A DNA stretch of 61,659 nucleotides, the filler included, from Squatina squatina (Eukaryota): NCBI GenBank assembly GCA_031763465.1. It is 3 parts of 3 records of this genome, joined end to end, with 100 filler letters (N's around TTAATTAATTAA, not from the genome) between each part and the next. Parts side by side here need not be neighbours in the genome. Positions count along the whole stretch, not along the records: positions 38,108 to 61,659 come from JARFOE010000073.1; 2 more parts are not named here. One strand, written 5' to 3'. The notes under the pieces were generated by a model. It did no database searches, had not been told where the DNA came from, and saw only the letters and a program-made list of their open reading frames with translations. This document shows, piece by piece, positions 38,895-51,436 of the stretch. The position numbers were made by a program, and so were the translations under genes. Positions within the stretch are counted from its first letter, which is position 1. The number at the start of each line of letters is the position of its first letter.

Positions 38895-39320
38895 AAATCC
38901 CCCAACACCAACACCCAGGGGTTCACTATTAACCAGAAACTTAACTGCACCAACCACATTAATACTGTGGCTGCAAGAGCAAGTCAGAGGCTTGGTATTC
39001 TGCAGTGAGTGACTCACCTCCTGACACCCCAAAGCCTTTCCACCATCTACAAGGCACAAGTCAGGAGTTCGATGGAATACGCTCCACTTGCCCGGATGAG
39101 TGCAGCTCCAACAACACTCAAGAAGCTCGAGACCATCCAGGACAAAGCAGCCCGCTTGATTGGCACCCCATCCGCCACCTTAAGCACTCACTCCCTCCAC
39201 GACCGACGCATCATGGCTGCAGTGTGTACCATCTACAAGATATTATGCACTACAGCAACTCGCCAAGGCTTCTTTGACTTCACCTCTCAATCCCGTGACC
39301 TCTACCGCCTAGAAGGACAA
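38895..39320 (+). mobile_element. CR1/L2-group LINE RT C-terminal fragment
   Basis: TIYKAQVRSSMEYAPLA...LETIQDKAARLI. Confidence 0.8.
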
Positions 39321-41919
39321 NNNNNNNNNNNNNNNNNNNNNNNNNNNNNNNNNNNNNNNNNNNNNNNNNNNNNNNNNNNNNNNNNNNNNNNNNNNNNNNN
39401 NNNNNNNNNNNNNNNNNNNNAGGTGCAACACAGTAATATTGCATACTTAAAGTTCAGAGTCTCCAGTGATTCATTAAGAGCCCTCATTATGCTATATTTG
39501 CAGCATGTATGTATCCCTTGTATGAATGTGTTATGCATAACTGAATAATCTCTTCATGAATCATGTTGATTTTAATGTCTCTATATAATTATAGATTAAC
39601 AAGTATGATACAGGAATAAATTATTCAATATTGACACTTGTACAATGCATATATATATTGCAAGATCAACCTATCAATTCTAGATCGATCTGCCTGTCTG
39701 TCTGTGCCCATCATCTATTTTACTGAAAACGTATGCAACAAAAATGTTCCATTCAACAACTTGGAAAGGCAGCTGGATTATGCATAACATATTACTGTAT
39801 CATTATAACATCATAGTTAATCATAGTATTTAACCTGATGTAATCATTACAAATCAGAGAGAGATGGAGCTCCTGCTGTACTCTTTGAGAAACCTGTTAC
39901 TTGATGGACATTTGAAGCCATGCAGACACTTCACATTTACAAATGACGCTAACAAACTGCTTGGACCCTGGCACACAAATGGTTTAGTTGTGAAGGATGA
40001 AAATTAATCTAGCCTCAATTGCGAGACATTTCAATACTCCATTCATCCTGTTTGTAGCAGGACTCTTGGNNNNNNNNNNTGTGTTTTGTAGCTTCCCCAC
40101 CCTTGTCTTTCTCTCTTTACCAAAGTCTTTAGCTAAGAATGTATGAAAGACTGAAGGAGATACTCTCAGGCTTCCAGACACCCAGAAATGACACAGAGAA
40201 GAGGTAAGGGAAAGAGTGCAAAAATAAACACATTTTCTTCGTGACAAAGAAACACTATCCAAAAGCTAATTGTCCCTGATTTCCCCTCGAGGCTCAGTTT
40301 TATTTTCCTGTTGATTGCTCACCATCTCTATGTAGACTGCTCACCTAAATCGTGACATGATATTTCTTTGCGCTCAAAACGTTACACTGCACGTTAGTCT
40401 AACTTATATTTGAATTAAAATGATATCTGTGAATGAGATATTAGATAAACCAGTTTTGATTCAGCTCACAAATGAATAAAGCCTCAAAAGTACATAGTGT
40501 CGCTCTTCCTCGGAAACTTCTACNNNNNNNNNNNNNNNNNNNNNNNNNNNNNNNNNNNNNNNNNNNNNNNNNNNNNNNNNNNNNNNNNNNNNNNNNNNNN
40601 NNNNNNNNNNNNNNNNNNNNNNNACAGAAAACAAATTGAATATAACACAGCACAAATTTGTTATAACAAAGCCCCGAGTTTCATCACATAAAAGAATTGA
40701 ATTTGTTCACAGAGAAGGGCGCACCTTGTCCGCAGGACAAGCCTGATCTCCGATGGCACAACAGTGCCAGGAGCAAGGGGAAGAAAAAGCACAGGTCCCT
40801 GTTAGTGTAATCTGAGTAGAAGGTACAGGCTCCTCAATGAGCCTATTTACATGGCATCACTAGACACTGATTTAAGTAGCTATAGAGACACACATAAATG
40901 CTTGTGCGTGCTGCTGAAACAATGGCGTGAGTGTGCTCGCACAAAGCAGCACAAAACCACGATTAATTATATGCAAATACTAGTCGTGATGCTGCGTCGT
41001 GTAGTGATGGCATCATGTCAAGTAAAGGAGACCACGGGATTAGTTTATTTGGCAAGCTGGCGGATGCGGTTTCAGACTCAGCCTTTCCTGAGTGTCAATT
41101 TCCCAATTTCAATCCCCCGCCCCTTCCCAGTCAGGGACAGGTTCTGAACATTAGCCAAGGGCTCCTTACTGATTTTCCAAGTCAAATGGGCAGGATGTGG
41201 GCAAGACGAGAAATATCAATGCAGCTCGAGTTCGCAAGTATTGTTTGATGATGGATACGAACATTCATTGAAAGCCTTTATCATTTTGAGTAATGAATGC
41301 CTCTATATTAGAATATACAGAGGCCAGTGCAAAAATAGACCTTAGTTTAAAATGAAACATCTTTGGTGGTCACGTTTACATTTTTAGAAATTGCAGACAG
41401 CTCATTGAATAAAATCAGACATTTAAATCATTGACAACTCTGGGCAATTCCCCCTAGAAAAAGAGAATTGATCAGAAGGGGAGTGACTATGTTCATCCAT
41501 CTCTGAGCAACCGAGTGTGGAACAGAAAAAATAAAATACTGCAGATTCTGGAATTCTGAAACAAAAACAAAGTTCTGGAGGTCCATCAGCATTTGTGTGG
41601 AGTACCGAGAAATCGTCATTTTAGTTGTGGATTCTTCATTAGAACTGAAAGACATTACAGATGAACAGCATTTAAAAAAGAAAAAAGAAAATATGTACAC
41701 ACACACATACACACACACACTGGGTGTAAAGTGCTTAAGTGAAAATCAGGAGATAGTTAAAGCATAGGAAGGAACATAGGCGCAGGTAATTCAGAATCAC
41801 AAGCCTGTGCATTATCAGTGCGCTGTTTGCTGGGGCCTCAGCCCTGGTCGATCTTAAGAACATAGGAACAGGAAGAGGCAATTCAGCCCCTTGAGCCTGT
41901 TCCACCATTCAGCTGGAGT

Positions 41920-42328
41920 CACTGTGGTGCATCCGTGAGGCTGAGAGCTTCGTGGATTGCACGTTCAGAGAGGTCACACCACAGCTTAAGAGTCTTCAAG
42001 CAGAGAGGAAATGGGTGACCGCCAGACAGACTAGGAGAACCAGGCAGGTAGTGCAGGAGTTCCCCAAGTCCATCTCGCTCACTAACTGGTTTCCATTTTG
42101 AATACTGGTAAGGGCGATGGTTCCTCAGGGGAGTGCAGCCAGAGCCAAGTCCATGGCATCACGGGTGGCTCAGCTGCACAGGAGAGGAGGAAGAAGAGTG
42201 GAAGAGCAATAGTGATAGGGGATTTGATAGTCAGGGGAACAGACATGCGTTTCTGTGGCCGTTGGTGACTCCAGGATGGTATGTCGCCTCCCTGGTGCCA
42301 GGGTCAAGGATGTCACTGAGCGACTGTA
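41920..42328 (+). mobile_element. CR1 LINE ORF1 (esterase-like) fragment
   Basis: AIVIGD...DSRMVCRLPGARVKDV, typical of CR1 ORF1. Confidence 0.7.
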
Positions 42329-42428
42329 NNNNNNNNNNNNNNNNNNNNNNNNNNNNNNNNNNNNNNNNNNNNNNNNNNNNNNNNNNNNNNNNNNNNNNNN
42401 NNNNNNNNNNNNNNNNNNNNNNNNNNNN

Positions 42429-42629
42429 TCGTTTGTCAGCCTGTCGAAGTGTACCGGTGGGGGAGGGGTTGGGAGGGAGGAGAGGGATTTAATCGTCTCC
42501 TGGTTTTCAGACGAGTACCACCATTCGAGAAACTGAAGGAAAAAGACGCCCACAGATACACCTGTCGATAGGGACTCTGCCACACCCCCCACTGCTTTAC
42601 CAAGGAAGGAGGTCAGCGTTCCAACCATA
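42429..42629 (-). CDS. PEX12: PEX12 last coding exon (partial; RING end lost in gap)
   Basis: [50 protein letters not shown]; acceptor (tc)n-tag. Confidence 0.93.
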
Positions 42630-42631
42630 CT

Positions 42632-42657
42632 AGAGAGAGAGAGAGAGAGAGAGAGAG
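42632..42657. repeat. (GA)n microsatellite
   Basis: About 13 GA units, read directly. Confidence 0.9.
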
Positions 42658-43056
42658 CGCAAGGTTAGAATACATGCATGGCAATTTAGGAAGATATTGC
42701 TCCAATCCACTGAACTGCGGAGTGACAGAACTCATGCTCTTGCCTATAATCCATCCCAAGTATAATCTCAGGCGTGGATCAAGCAAGGGTCTTCAATCCT
42801 GTATCTCTCAGCACCAGTCTTCTCTATTCACCTTTAATATCCTCATTTTTAACCTTGTGTTCCCTATTATTTGAACCCTTCACCACTGAACAATTTGCCT
42901 GGATCCAGTTTGTCAACGGCCATCACTATTTTGATCATTCATTAGTAAAAGTCTCCACTTTTACAAAGAAAGAGTAACTTTACAACTTCTATAACCTTTC
43001 TTCACAATTGACATTCCGGGTAAACGTAACTCAGCTCCTCTAAGCCCTTTCCTTAC

Positions 43057-43607
43057 CTTTCACTGGTCGGAGGACCGCTGGCAGAAGAGGATCTTTGCTC
43101 GATGCCTTGCATATCCGCAGGGGTCAGGTTCCCCAAGCGGACCCCAGCCACTCGCAGCAACGGTGAGTGGATCTGCGTCCTCCCGAAGATGTACAAGAGC
43201 CAGTAGATCAGGAACCACCCCTCCCAGCCCATGTTCACGAAGGGGTAGGCCGCAAGGAAGGCCTTGTACAGGCGCTTCCAAGAGGACTCTGGGAGATGTA
43301 TAGCATAGTCATCCTCCTCTCGCAGCCTGGCAAACAGTCTGTCAAGTTTGACTTTTAAATACGGAATGGCTACTATCACCAAGAGGGATCTCCAGTACTG
43401 GGTCCTGGGGAGCCCATGGCTGGCCAATCTCCATAGCCCACGGCCACCGCCGAGCGGAATTCTTTTCAGACCGTAAAAGTTTTCAGAGAAGGAAGCGCTG
43501 GTCCGGGACAGATAGTGACGCTGAAGCAGGAGGTCCAGCAGCGCATAGATTTCGTCAAACCATCGCCACAGAAACCCATAGCGAGCAGGGTTGGATTCCG
43601 CAAGCAC
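43057..43607 (-). CDS. PEX12: PEX12 coding exon 2
   Basis: cag|GTG...AG|gtaagg, 551 nt, [21 protein letters not shown]...[14 protein letters not shown]. Confidence 0.95.
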
Positions 43608-45588
43608 CTGTTAGAACATTATACGTTACTATAAAATCGCCCACATCGAGCCTCAGGGCTCTCAGTCACAATCAGAAATAAGTTTTGTCCGTTTTTGGAT
43701 AGGTAACTTTACATATTTGAAAAATAAGAACNNNNNNNNNNNNNNNNNNNNNNNNNNNNNNNNNNNNNNNNNNNNNNNNNNNNNNNNNNNNNNNNNNNNN
43801 NNNNNNNNNNNNNNNNNNNNNNNNNNNNNNNATGTATGAAATACATAGTGATGAAAAGCAAAATATTTTGCAGAATATCCATCTGTCATTTGGCAAATGC
43901 TCCTTTGTGAGCAAGGGAGCATTGTCGATAAAGGACTGTCACATGACTTCATATTTTCAATGAAGAAGGGCAGAGTCTGCATTTTGTGCTACAGCATTCC
44001 AAGATGGATTGAGATGAAACACAAGGAGCATCTTAATGTCTGTGATGAGTCTATTACCTGTAATAAACTGAGGGATGCTATTTCATTGCACATGTCTGAC
44101 ACAATTTGATTTGAAAATGCTGTCTGAAATACATGCTGATAACTTGCGTGCATTATTGGAGAGTTTGGGTGGATTATGTTTTGCCGCGATTCTCTCAGTG
44201 CACCCAGGCTGAAGATGTGTGTGTGTCAGGTGTAGAAATGGGTCAGGTTCGTCTCATTAAACCATCTGCCGCTGCTCCTTGTGAGGTAGGATCAGAGAAT
44301 GTGCCGGAGGCTTTCTGTGGTGTTAACATGAAAAACACATCAGAATGGGAGAGTATTTACTGAAATAAAGCAGTTCTGTTCTGAATGAGTGGACAGAAAT
44401 AGATCACCATGGTAAACTCAGCCTAAGAAAGCATCCAAATCAGATTGGTAGGGAGGGGAAGAGGGTGAGTGGAAAAGCTCTCAAGTTTCATTTAAATAGT
44501 TACAGGCCGTTTAATAACAAATCAATATCTCAAAATGACTCCCCTCCCTTTTTTTAATAACTCTGCACCTGCTAACATTTTTCAATAATACAAGAAGACA
44601 GCAGACTAATTGGGTTTATATTGTAATTGAGGTCTGGGATTTTCTACCTCTTCCATTGTGGAGATAGCGGAGGGTCAAGGGGCTGAATAAGTCAGGCTCT
44701 TCCACACTTGCCTCAGCTCTGAGCGGCTAAAGTACAATTAGGCCAGTTAATCTGGCAGGGATTGCTGGAGGCTGATGCCTTTGTAAAGCCTCTGCCGCCT
44801 GACTGCAGAGGAACACAGGCACACTGTGTGCTTTTGGAGTGCAGGGGCAGTGTCTTTTACCAGGACTGAATAGACACAAATCTCGTAAAAAGACGGCACT
44901 TCCTCCAATGAGTTTTTTTTTCTCTTTCTTCCTTTTTTTGTGTGCCTCAAACGTTTGGTGGAAATAATTAGAACTGGGAACCCAGTATTTATTTTGGTTG
45001 TTAAAACATTTTTGACAACCAATTATTCTCTTCAAAGTGAACTGTTGGGAATAACCAGATCACTAATCACTTCTTGTGCTCTTCGGGCCACTGGCCATTT
45101 AGATATTAATGATAAAGATAAATAATGAGCCCAGACATCATAATGATTCTTTAAAGGTGAAATTCAATTAATAATGCCAGATATGAATTAGTGTAAATAG
45201 AAATAAAGCTGAGTCTGGAGAGTGCAGGGGAGGGGCCAGATGTTGGAGTGCTCTCTCTGGGAACCTGGCTCAAATTCAGCCCATATTGGAGGCAAAATCT
45301 CCTCTGTCTGTTGACTGTAAAAGCATTTTATGTGAAATGAGTTTACGGCCTCAACCTAGATCCTTGTTAAAATAGGCCAGTAGATGGAGCTTTACACTGC
45401 CGCTAGCTGTGGTATAACTGGAGCTGGGGGTGCTAGATGCTGAGATCACTAAATGAAAATGTTCCATTCCTTATGCACACACAACTGAAATACATAGTGA
45501 TTTTCATGAAATATCTGAAGTTCTCAAATCGGGAGGGTGTACTGATGTTACCATTGCTTAAAAGACCTATAATTGTTTGTTCCTGCAG

Positions 45589-45834
45589 GATTGTGAAGAT
45601 CCAAACCCCTTGATCAGAGCTCTGGCAGTCCGTACGATGGGCTGCATCCGTGTGGATAAAATAACAGAGTATCTGTGTGAACCTCTCCGCAAGTGTCTGA
45701 AAGATGAAGACCCATACGTCCGTAAAACAGCTGCTGTCTGTGTGGCCAAACTGCACGACATCAATGCCCAGATGGTGGAGGATCAAGGCTTCCTGGATTC
45801 ACTGCGAGACCTGATTGCTGACTCAAACCCCATG
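45589..45834 (+). CDS. AP2B1: AP-2 complex beta subunit exon
   Basis: 246 nt, [25 protein letters not shown]...[22 protein letters not shown] (beta-2 rather than beta-1 residues); divergent from PEX12 as in human. Confidence 0.95.
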
Positions 45835-45909
45835 GTATGGAACTGATTCCTTCTCTCTTAACCAGTGATTGAGGCTTGACTTGTGTTACAATTCTGTGCT
45901 CCTTTATAA

Positions 45910-46125
45910 GAACATAACATACAAAATAGGAGCTGGAGTAGGCCGTTTGTCCCTCTGAGCCTGCTCTGCCATTCAACAAGATCACGGCTGATCTACCACA
46001 ACTCCACCTTCCCGCACTATCCCCAAATCTCTTAATTCCCTTAGTTTCCCAAAATTTATCGACCTCTGTTTTGAATATACTCAATGACTGAGCATCCACG
46101 GCTCTTTGGGGGTGGAGAATTCCAA
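45910..46125 (-). mobile_element. CR1 LINE 3' end
   Basis: PQRAVDAQSLSIFKTEVDKF plus 3' UTR ending in ttatgttcttat-type repeats. Confidence 0.8.
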
Positions 46126-47810
46126 AGAACACTTGCCCAGTTGTGATCCCAATCCCAATGCACTTATTGATGCAGTTCAGGGGAGTCAGAGCATGTTTGC
46201 TCCCCGGTCAGCTGACTGTAAGGTTCCTTGTGAAATGAGTTTATACAATCCCAATTCAGTGGACACAGGCCCACAGCACAGACCTACAAGCTATAGATAC
46301 AAATCAATAGGCCCAGAGTTCTGCATCATAAGTAGGTTCCTCCTTATTGATTTCCTGATTTTGGCCTAGCTTCCAATAACCAGAGATAGTATCTCTCCTA
46401 ACACCATAGCATGTATACATTCCATGAACAAAGAAATTACAGTACAAAAGGGGGCTATTCATCCCATTGCACCTTTGCCGGTGCTCGTTCTTTAACTGGT
46501 TGTTTCCCACTATAATCCCATTTCCCTGTTCTTTCATTTTCTGATGCTTACCCATTCTCATTTTAAATTATGATATGGTCTCTGCCTTAGTAGCTGATGG
46601 TGGTAAAGTAGTGCAGTTCTAATAATTCTGTGTAGCTTCCCCCTTCATCCTTTCCTGTGATGATCCTGAGTCTATGCCTCCTCGTTACTGATCCACCAAC
46701 TGGTGGAAATAATGTTTGATTAATTACCTCTGAAAAACCTTTCTTGATAAAAACTGTTCTGAGATCCCACTTTAATTTTCCAGTGAAAACAATTCCAGTT
46801 CTTGAACCATTATTCAAGACAATAACCTCTGTTGTTCATACAATTCTAGAGAATCTTTGCTTTTAATTGCTTTAATATGCTTCCAATAATGGAGTGCCCA
46901 AAACTCTCTGCGATACTACAGTGGTGGCCTAACTAATGTCTTTTTAACATCGCTTCCTTGTTTTTATATTCAGCACCCATATATAAAACCCAGAATCCTG
47001 CTTGCCTTTTTCTACCTGTCATCTCATCTTCACAGATCTGTACCCCTGGTTTTCTCTGTTTTGCTATTCTTAAGCTTTTCTTTATGGTATATGTCCTTTC
47101 ACTTTTTCCCCAGAATGTACTATTTTACATTTCTCTGCATTGAACCGCATCTGCCCTCTGTCTGTCCATTCCACTGTTAGAGAATCATACAGCACAGAAT
47201 GAGGCCATTCAGCCAATCGTGCCTGTGCCGGCTCTTTGAAAAAGCTATCCAATTAGCCCTGCTATTTCCCCACAGCCCTGTAAAGGTTTCNNNNNNNNNN
47301 NNNNNNNNNNNNNNNNNNNNNNNNNNNNNNNNNNNNNNNNNNNNNNNNNNNNNNNNNNNNNNNNNNNNNNNNNNNNNNNNNNNNNNNNNNGGATATATTT
47401 CGATCTGAGGAAGAGAAATGTATATTCTTCCTATGAGGAAAGGAAATAGTGTTCTTCCTTTCATTTAGGGTCTGGAAGGGACAGAGGGAGCAATGAGTTT
47501 CTCAGTGTGACCTTTCTCTTGTGTGGATTGTGCAGAGCAAGCCATTTTGTTTTCTGATGGAGGGGATGAGAATTTGCCAAAGGAGGGGTGGAGTTAAGAG
47601 TTGTTCATTCAGCTCCTGTGGGAAGATGTTGCCCAGAGGGAGAGGAGTGTAGCCTGTACCTCCAAAACAAAAACACTGGGCGCAGGTCCACTCCAGTCCC
47701 TGGGTTGGGAATGGAGTCGGGCAGGGGGGAGACATCTTGGGTGAGGTTGTGCAGTTCTTCCCTGTACGCATACTTTTTACAAACTGAGTTTGAAGTAAGT
47801 ATTTTAAAGA

Positions 47811-48243
47811 AAAGGAAGAAATTGTATTTATGCTGTGTCTTTTACGACCTCAGTGCTTCACAGCGAATGAAGTACTTTTGAAGTGGCGTCACTAATGTAG
47901 GGAAATGCCAATTTGCGCATAGCAAGGTCCCACAAACAGCAATGAGATAAATGACCAGATATTCTGTTTTATCGATATTGGTTGAGTGATAAATATTGGC
48001 CAGGACACCGTAAGAACTCCCCTGATCTTCAAAACAGTGGGATATTTTATGCCCACCTGAGAGGGCAAGCGGGGTCTCGGTTTAACGTCTCATCCAAAAG
48101 GCAGTACCTCTGACAATGCAGCACTCCCTCAGCACTGCACTGGAGTCTCAGCCTGGATTTTGTGCTCAGGTCTCTGGCGTGGGACTTGAACCCACGAGCT
48201 TCTGACCCAGAGGTGAGAGTGCTACCACTGAGCCAAAGCTGAT
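47811..48243 (-). mobile_element. Near full-length DeuSINE (SacSINE1-like): tRNA-derived head, Deu domain and tail
   Basis: Minus strand A box tggctcagtggt, B box ggttcaagtccc, then gatgagacgttaaaccgag...ccttgctatgcgcaaattgg...cttcaaaagtacttcatt. Confidence 0.8.
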
Positions 48244-48613
48244 ACTTCTTAAACCTTTTGCATTGAAATTGCAGTGCTGTATCCAAGAATGTTGCCCATC
48301 TTCACCTCAAACTGTGGCCAGAATTCATCTTGAGGACAGGATTGTGATATTTGGTACAATGGGGTCTGGTTCTATGCAGTAGATGGAAATGTAGACACTG
48401 CCTGAATACTGGTAAAAGCATGGAAATAACACGTAATGAAATACTCCTGTCAAGATGCTGGAAGAAGGCAGTAATTTGCCATTTTACATTGTCGCCGCTC
48501 TGAACTGATCATTATTACACAACTAAGTAATTGAATTCAGAGACCTGTGTTTTTATTTAACTTTTGTACTTTCACCATGAATATAAAATTCTTTCTGACA
48601 TCTCTCCTCGCAG

Positions 48614-48804
48614 GTGGTTGCGAATGCTGTGGCAGCTCTGTCTGAGATCAGTGAATCCCACCCCAACAGTAACCTGCTCGACCTCAATCCTCAGAACATT
48701 AACAAACTCATCACCGCTCTCAACGAGTGCACTGAGTGGGGTCAGATATTCATACTTGACTGCCTGTCAAACTACAACCCCAAGGATGAGCGTGAGGCAC
48801 AGAG
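48614..48804 (+). CDS. AP2B1: AP-2 complex beta subunit exon
   Basis: 191 nt, [63 protein letters not shown]; AG/GT boundaries. Confidence 0.95.
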
Positions 48805-50236
48805 GTGAGCTCACACCTGAGATGTTGGCTTGTGAAAGACCAAGGGAAACCACTAATCAGTTTCCATTGCCACCCTGTGGCAAAGGAATGGTCGGGTGGA
48901 GGTGGGGATGAATAACAAAGGGTCTTAAATTAAAAAAAAAATGATTTTTACAAGGACAGTTCATAGCTGTACTCAATGAAGCCATTAATCACATTTCTGA
49001 AGAACATAACTTGCAATCTGTTCGACTTTGTGGTATGGTATCTTCTCGCTCTTTTATGCCACGCTTGCCTTGGTATTATTGTGTTGGCAAGGTCAGCAGT
49101 ATTGCGGGTCTCAGGCAGGGGTGGGCAGCAGAGCAGATGGTCCATCATTTGTGGCTCATCCACAGCCACACACCACTGAGTTACTGTCATTGTAACCCCA
49201 TTCCTGCATCATTACTTTAGAATTTGTTTCGACTTGTCCAGGTTGTATACAGAGATGGCTGCTCCTGCTCAGTAATGTGTAGTTGCTGAGTGTTCTCCAT
49301 AAATTGGCACTGACTTCTCCCATGTTGATGTAAGTGATGCTTGATTTAAACCAGGATCAATAATGGTCTTTACTCTAGTTATTACAGTGTTGTATTAGTT
49401 TATCACTGCCTCTTTCTCTTTCATTTGGTGTTAAGTGTGAATGGATTAAATGCTTGTACCAAATTCTTCAAGTGATTTGTTTTGAGTAGTAAAGTACAGG
49501 TTAGTACATGAGTGTTTTAAGTTAGTCTTGAATCATGCCCAGAAGTGAGCCTCTGAGATGGCTCTCAGGCTCCAATGCTGAGTTCTGCTGTGTAATAATG
49601 GAGCATTCATTCTGTCCCAAACATGATCTCTCCATGTGAGTTGGCCATAATGATAATTCACCCACAGTTAAAAGGGAAGGAAAGCCTAAGGGAAGAAATG
49701 CATATATTCCACCAATGGAAAAGCAGCCATTTTGGATCTCTCCGTTGACATTACTGACTGCGGAGCTGACTGCATGCCTGAGAGACTCTTGATTTTAATG
49801 GAGGGGCGAGTGTTGAAACTTCGGATTAGTCCGGGAGCCAATTCAGAACTGACAGACCCTGGGATAATATGGTGCCAGCTGAGTACACGCTGTACTTTGC
49901 CAGTGTGTTTNNNNNNNNNNNNNNNNNNNNNNNNNNNNNNNNNNNNNNNNNNNNNNNNNNNNNNNNNNNNNNNNNNNNNNNNNNNNNNNNNNNNNNNNNN
50001 NNNNNNNNNNCCTCAATTTGCCAGTAAGAACTCCTTTCAATCTGAAATAGATTTTCAGTTTTCTCTGTGCAAGATTGGTTTGAGGTAAATTGAAACTGGC
50101 CAGGATGCAGAAGCTGTCATTTTATTAATTAGCTCATGAATGCGTTCCTCCCTTCACCTCTTGCTGTTTACACTCTTTTGCTGTTTATATGCTTGGCTAC
50201 CATTGACAACTGACTCTTGTATTCTATATCTTTCAG

Positions 50237-50278
50237 CTTGGAGGAGATCTTGGAGGGCCTACCGGGGGGAGTCCAGCG
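50237..50278 (+). CDS. AP2B1: AP2B1 42-nt cassette exon (hinge region)
   Basis: tttcag|CTT...GCG|gtgagt, LGGDLGGPTGGSPA; compare the human long-isoform insert LGSDLGGGIGGSPA. Confidence 0.85.
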
Positions 50279-51289
50279 GTGAGTTTTTCTCCTGAAGTCG
50301 CAGGTTATCACTGTCAAGTTTGTGAGGGCTTGTTTTTGATTTTACAATTTTCCCTCTTGAAGATGCTGACTTTTGCTGCAGTATGATTCCATGAGCACCT
50401 CCACCCCGTTCCATTCAAGTGTCTAGTCTTCATCTGTGAGCCCAGTTAGTGAGTGTTGGCCGACTATTCACGATAATGATGTTATCACAATGGAGACTTA
50501 ATCCTGTGTCACCCGGTGTTGCATGCATGCACTTTTCAACAGGGGTGACTGGATAATAATCAGGAGTGGGAATCTCTTCAGGTCCTCTTTCTCTGCAGAT
50601 GGTTTCAAATTGGTGTTGACTTACTAACAACCTGTTCACCCCCTTGGCCCGGGATGGGGCATGACATGGCAAGACCCAAACACGGGGAAATTTGCTTTAA
50701 ATATCCATTCATATTACATAAAATGTACTCCGGAGTGGAAGCAAGTCATCCTGGAACCCGAGGGCCTGCCTAATGTACATAAAATGTGCAGCCAGAAATG
50801 GGCCATTTGGCCTAAATAGTCCATGCCAGTGTTTATGCTCCACACGAGCCTCCTCCCACTCACCTTCAGATAAGCCTATCCTTCTATTCCTTTCTCCCTC
50901 ATGCGTTTATCTAGTTTCCTCAATATGTGGGGAGTGAATAATTGCAGTTTAATTTACTGCCGAGATTCATATTAGATCAGGAGACTTTTTTGCTGTCATC
51001 ACTGCTGAATAAAGTTTGTATTCATATATAATAATCTTCCTGATTACAAGCAAATTAGCTGCAAATGCAATGGAGCCTAATAGCATGGAAAACTACCATA
51101 AATGCAAAGGTGAGCAAATAAAATGTGTACTTAAACATGTACAAGTCCAACCAACCTGTTCTGCTCATTTCTGTTTCGATTGCCGTGGACCAGTTGAAGT
51201 AATTGAGTATTGCTGTGCAATTTTGCTTGCTTTGTGTAAAAGTGCTCTCCTGTTAAATGTTCCTGTATCTTAATATATTCTTGTTACAG

Positions 51290-51436
51290 GTTGGTCAAAG
51301 CTTTATACCTTCTTCAGTGCCAGCTACATTTGGCCCATCGCCAACCCCTGCTGTGTCGAGCAGTGGCATGAGTGATCTGTTTGAGCTCTCAACTGGAATT
51401 GGAATGGCAGCTGGTGGCTATGTGGCACCAAAAGCT
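51290..51436 (+). CDS. AP2B1: AP-2 complex beta subunit hinge exon
   Basis: 147 nt, VGQSFIPSSVPATFGPSPTPAVSSSGMSDLFELSTGIGMAAGGYVAPKA. Confidence 0.93.

Noticed and set aside
40624-42328. SNORD7, which lies next to PEX12 in human
   Set aside because: I found no C/D boxes with the U6-complementary guide.
48170-48243. tRNA-like A/B boxes (also 26025-26093)
   Set aside because: These are SINE heads, not tRNA genes.
50520-50529. Overlapping TGCATG (RBFOX) motifs downstream of the AP2B1 cassette exon
   Set aside because: They lie in a dispersed repeat-like segment (similar sequence near 52960-53110), so a regulatory role is unsupported.
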